Program-made: the position numbers and the translations under genes
Shown here: positions 60,387 through 64,000 of the stretch, in pieces
How the letters are laid out: every line of letters begins with the position of its first letter
Position numbering within the stretch: position 1 is the first letter of the stretch
Origin: Antedon mediterranea
Taxonomy: Eukaryota; Animalia; Echinodermata
DNA length: 64,000 nt
NCBI RefSeq assembly: GCF_964355755.1
Contig: NC_092673.1
Coordinates: 1,302,001-1,366,000 of the forward strand
Direction: 5' to 3'
The notes under the pieces: model-generated
The model's database searches: none
The model's input: the letters and a program-made list of their open reading frames with translations, nothing else
What the model was told of the DNA's origin: nothing

Positions 60387-63208
60387 ATGGAACTTCTTCA
60401 AGCAAGAGATCACTATATTATCCATGATAAAGATAACAGTCTCTGGTGTAATCGAAAAGACGGCAGCCTAGTGCCGAACACAGGTAGGCGATAGCTAGCC
60501 CCATTATAACGATCATGGTGATAGGTTCGTGTGGCAGAAGAACGCCTCCTCTAGGCTTACTGCTCGTAACTGAATAGATGGCTGGGTGTGGGCCTAGGCT
60601 TAGACTGTATTTATTATAAAGCATATTTACCTTTACAAACAGTGGACACTGATAAGGTAACTCAACAAAGGGAAATATATATCCATACAAGTATAAAGTA
60701 AACTAATTTAAATAATAATAAAGGATACAATAAATGTTCTCTTTTTGAATATTAAATTATTTCAATATTTGCTTTATTTTTTTATGAGAGTATCCATCCC
60801 ATTCACAGGTTCAGCTGTTGCTAATGCCTGGAACCCGGTATGCATTGGAAAGGTTGAAGGAGTAATTGGCAAAATTAGAGTATCACCTGGTAAGTATAGT
60901 TAGTAATAAGTTCATATAGGCCTAGCTAGCTAGGCCCTAGTCTAAATAAACAAATTACAGTGTAGCGTAGTCAAACTGAGTTTAAAAGATAAAATCTCAA
61001 AATTTGTATCGGGAAATCTTCGTCATATTCTCTGTAGGGTAGGTCTACTCTCAGCTGACCGACCACTACTACTACTAATTTACCTTGGCAACATCAATTA
61101 CAATTTTTGTAAAAACAACCCACAATCCTGTGAAGGGCATAATTTTGAAAAATACCTTGCACAAACATCTATTTGCGTCTTAAACACTATAATTTTGCAG
61201 AATCTATAATTTATAAATAACTTTTTTAATTTGTGTGTTTTTTTTAACTATACCTGTCTATATTGAGTATGGAGTTAATAAGTGATTAGTTTCACAAACA
61301 AATAATGCGCTATTTGCACTATTGTGTATGATGTTAAATTATTGGTCAATTAACATACAGAAATTTTGCTTCATGTATAAAAGCTAAAGTGGCTTTACCA
61401 CGTTGAAACACCGGTTCTCATCAGATCACCGAAGTTAAGCAACGTTGGGCCTGGTTAGAACTTGGATGGGAGACCATCTGGGAATAGCGGGTGCTGTATA
61501 CGGAGCTGGGGTCCCGTTAGGCATTTGAAATCAGCACTGCTGACTCTTATGGCAGCCCCTGCATCTAGTATCTGCCCTTGACCTCTCAAGGTGGGCACTG
61601 GACAAGAGAAGCCCTTGATCAATGTCAGGACCAATCAAGGTGCTTTAAAACAGTCCTGGCTTTGTTTGTATCAAACCTGTTAGTGGCGGTAATTATCGCT
61701 GTTGGTTTCGATTGAATAAAATAAAATAAAATAAGTGCACCTATGAATAGTACATTAGGTAATGAGGAAATAATACTACCTTCCTGTCAGTAGTCACACC
61801 ATTGTCATTACTCTTGTAGGATTTTATTAAAACATCTTTTTTTTTCTTCCTTTAAGCTCCGTCTGAACTATCAAACTAGTTTGACAAATAAAGTGTAATG
61901 TGCCCAAATATGGGAGTGATATGCTTAAATATGGTAGTGGTTTGACATCATCATGTCCATATGGGCACATTTTTTTGTCACAAAAAGTTTGATAAGTGTA
62001 AATAGAGCTTTACATTTTATACAACCTACAAAAACCACTAAGGTTAAGGTCAGGCTGCATTGCTGACTATTTTATGCATTTCTTAATGGATAGCTTTTAA
62101 TTTAATAATTGTCTCGATTTTGTATAATATGTATTGCAAGCAACATTTAAAAACATGATGTACAAACAATCTGAACAAAATACATACAGTGCCTGTAATA
62201 TTCTTTTTCAGCCTCAAGTATTTCTAGTCTGAGATCTCTGTCTTATCAATTTGTTATAGAATATCTTTTATCTCTCTAAACTCACTTGAATTCTAATAAA
62301 TACATATCTCAACAACAACAACTAAAAATAGCTGGCTCACTGAAATTAACAGATTTGAATTATTGATGGTATGCTTTACCTAACATGACATACTGTAGGA
62401 TGTTATGTGAAGGAAGAAGATTTGAGTTGTTTTGATTAATGACTCGCATTCGTAGAAGGTCATACTAAATGGATAAACATCCAAATATCTTCCTAATTAT
62501 CGTCATTTAAAACATTTCTGAATTAACTATTGCAAGCTGATACAAGCCCGTAGCCAGGATTTTTATAAAGCTCTGTCTACACTATCAAACTAGTTTGCGC
62601 TCCAATATGGTAGTGATATGCCCAACTATGGTAGTGATATGACATCATCATGCCCATATATGGGCACATCACACTTTTTTGTCACAAAAAGTTTGATAGT
62701 ATAGAAAGTGTTTTTCCCCACAAAAGATGTGCAAATATTGTCATGTAACTTAGAGTATAAAGCCTATTTACTCTTAGCTGCTGTCTCTTTCCAATGTAGT
62801 TTATAGACAGAGCATGAAAAAAGGGGATTGTCCGGCCCAAATTTGTTTTCTTCTAATCACCAGGCTAGTTGATTATGAGTTTTACTATGGGCCTATAATT
62901 TATAGGTCCATGGTTTTAATTAACTTTATTCACAATCTCAGATCAAATTAAAAGTATACATAAATAAATTTATTTTGAATATTAAATACAAATGTACATA
63001 CACAATTATTTTACAGGCGAACTCATTGCCTATTCTTAATTGCGTAACATGAACTTTGATTCCTTTAGATTGTGACTGGAAACTGCTGGTGATTCGGGAC
63101 AGACATTTTGTTGGACATTTAGCTGGTGGTCATGATGTTTACTGTATTACTGACATTTGTATTATTCCCTTGTCTTTGACTGAAACAACTGAGAATTTAC
63201 AACTGCAG
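60387..63208 (+). CDS. INPP5F: Phosphatidylinositide phosphatase SAC2, 5' part (first 3 coding exons; continues beyond the window)
   Basis: Exons 60387-60483, 60809-60889 and 63069-63208 give MELLQARDHYII...LWCNRKDG...AWNPVCIGKVEGVIGKI...WKLLVIR...VGHLAGGHDVYCIT, matching the INPP5F N-terminus (MELFQAKDHYIL...AWNPICLGLVEGVIGKI). Confidence 0.92.
61392..61734 (+). mobile_element. 5S-rRNA-derived SINE (SINE3 type) in INPP5F intron 2
   Basis: About 110 bp of 5S-like head (TACCACGTTGAAACACCGGTTCTC...GAAGTTAAGCAACG...CTTGGATGGG...GGTGCTGTA) with no T-run terminator, ~210-bp body, (AATAA)n tail and a possible AAGTG TSD. Confidence 0.85.
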
Positions 63209-64000
63209 GTAAAATTTTGCCTTTTATTTTTTTTTGTACTATAATTTAATTACATGGTGACATGGCCTAGGTTATTGGTACAATATAAATATTTTAATAA
63301 ATTATGTAGCTCTTATTCTCAATTTTAAATCCAAAATTTTAATCAGAATCAAAAGTGTATAGTATAAACGTACATCTTGAGTACAGCAGCAGTGAAGGCA
63401 ACTGATACTAAAAGTACAGTTGCAGTAAATGATATATTTTAAGTTTTAGTATTAAAGTTGTAACAGATATTGTCATTTCTGTTACTGAAACTGGGCAAGT
63501 AGAAACATTTTTAGGTTAGCCCAACAGTGTCAGGCTTTGTGAGTTGAGCGAATAAAGCATTTTAAATCAAATTTCTACATTCAACTACCTGTATATATAT
63601 ATATATCTAGGATTACTGCAGTGGCTGTTAAAGAAAATCTCTCTGCACTGAGACTTAATCATGCATAATACCTTCATTGTACCCTCTATGTCCTTGACTG
63701 GAAAGTAAGAAAAATAATAAATAAAAAATAAAATACACATGCCTAATGTTTGTGACGTTGGTGTACTAATTGTTGTGAGGTGGTTATTTATCTACACATT
63801 GGTTTGTTAATTTATTATATTATGATTTGGTTACATTATTCGATTTAATGCCCTGAATAAACACCTGCATTAAACATAATTTGAAATATAGCACATCCCC
63901 CTACACCTCCCCCACCTCACTTGCATAAATTCCCCCTGGCCATTTATTTCCTCAACACCCCAACACATACATATATGCATACAATATTGTGTTACCAACA

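Noticed and set aside
61392-61502. Functional 5S rRNA gene
   Set aside because: The 5' end is altered, there are several substitutions and no oligo-T terminator, and it is fused to a body and A-rich tail shared with another copy, so it is a SINE.

Overview
AT-rich, intron-rich animal genomic DNA, probably an invertebrate deuterostome such as an echinoderm (inferred from repeat types and gene structure, not proven). I traced genes by hand through GT-AG exon boundaries. They are: two intact tandem high-affinity choline transporter genes (SLC5A7-like, - strand, 8 exons each); TATDN1 (-, 13 exons) head-to-head with MFSD10 (+, 13 coding exons); four prostanoid-receptor-like GPCRs (two pseudogenes, two intact) arranged by a tandem segmental duplication that also copied MFSD10 exon 11; AP5B1 (+, 23 exons); and the first 3 exons of INPP5F/SAC2. 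Introns and intergenic DNA are full of MITEs (Harbinger-, Kolobok-, Tc1/mariner-like and a 5-bp-TSD family), Helentron-derived elements, SINEs, LINE fragments and minisatellites. Four signals stand out. (1) A 55-bp minisatellite in TATDN1 intron 10 has units that each read branch point, pyrimidine tract, AG, 5-nt microexon, GTAAGT, and inclusion would create an immediate stop. (2) A 27-bp minisatellite amplifies the AP5B1 exon-3 splice donor about 28-fold. (3) A 5S-rRNA-derived SINE has its apparent partner LINE 3' end in the same window. (4) The prostanoid-like receptors lack the conserved TM7 Arg. No prokaryotic or CRISPR features were found; the long ORFs in the track that are not exons are repeat artefacts.
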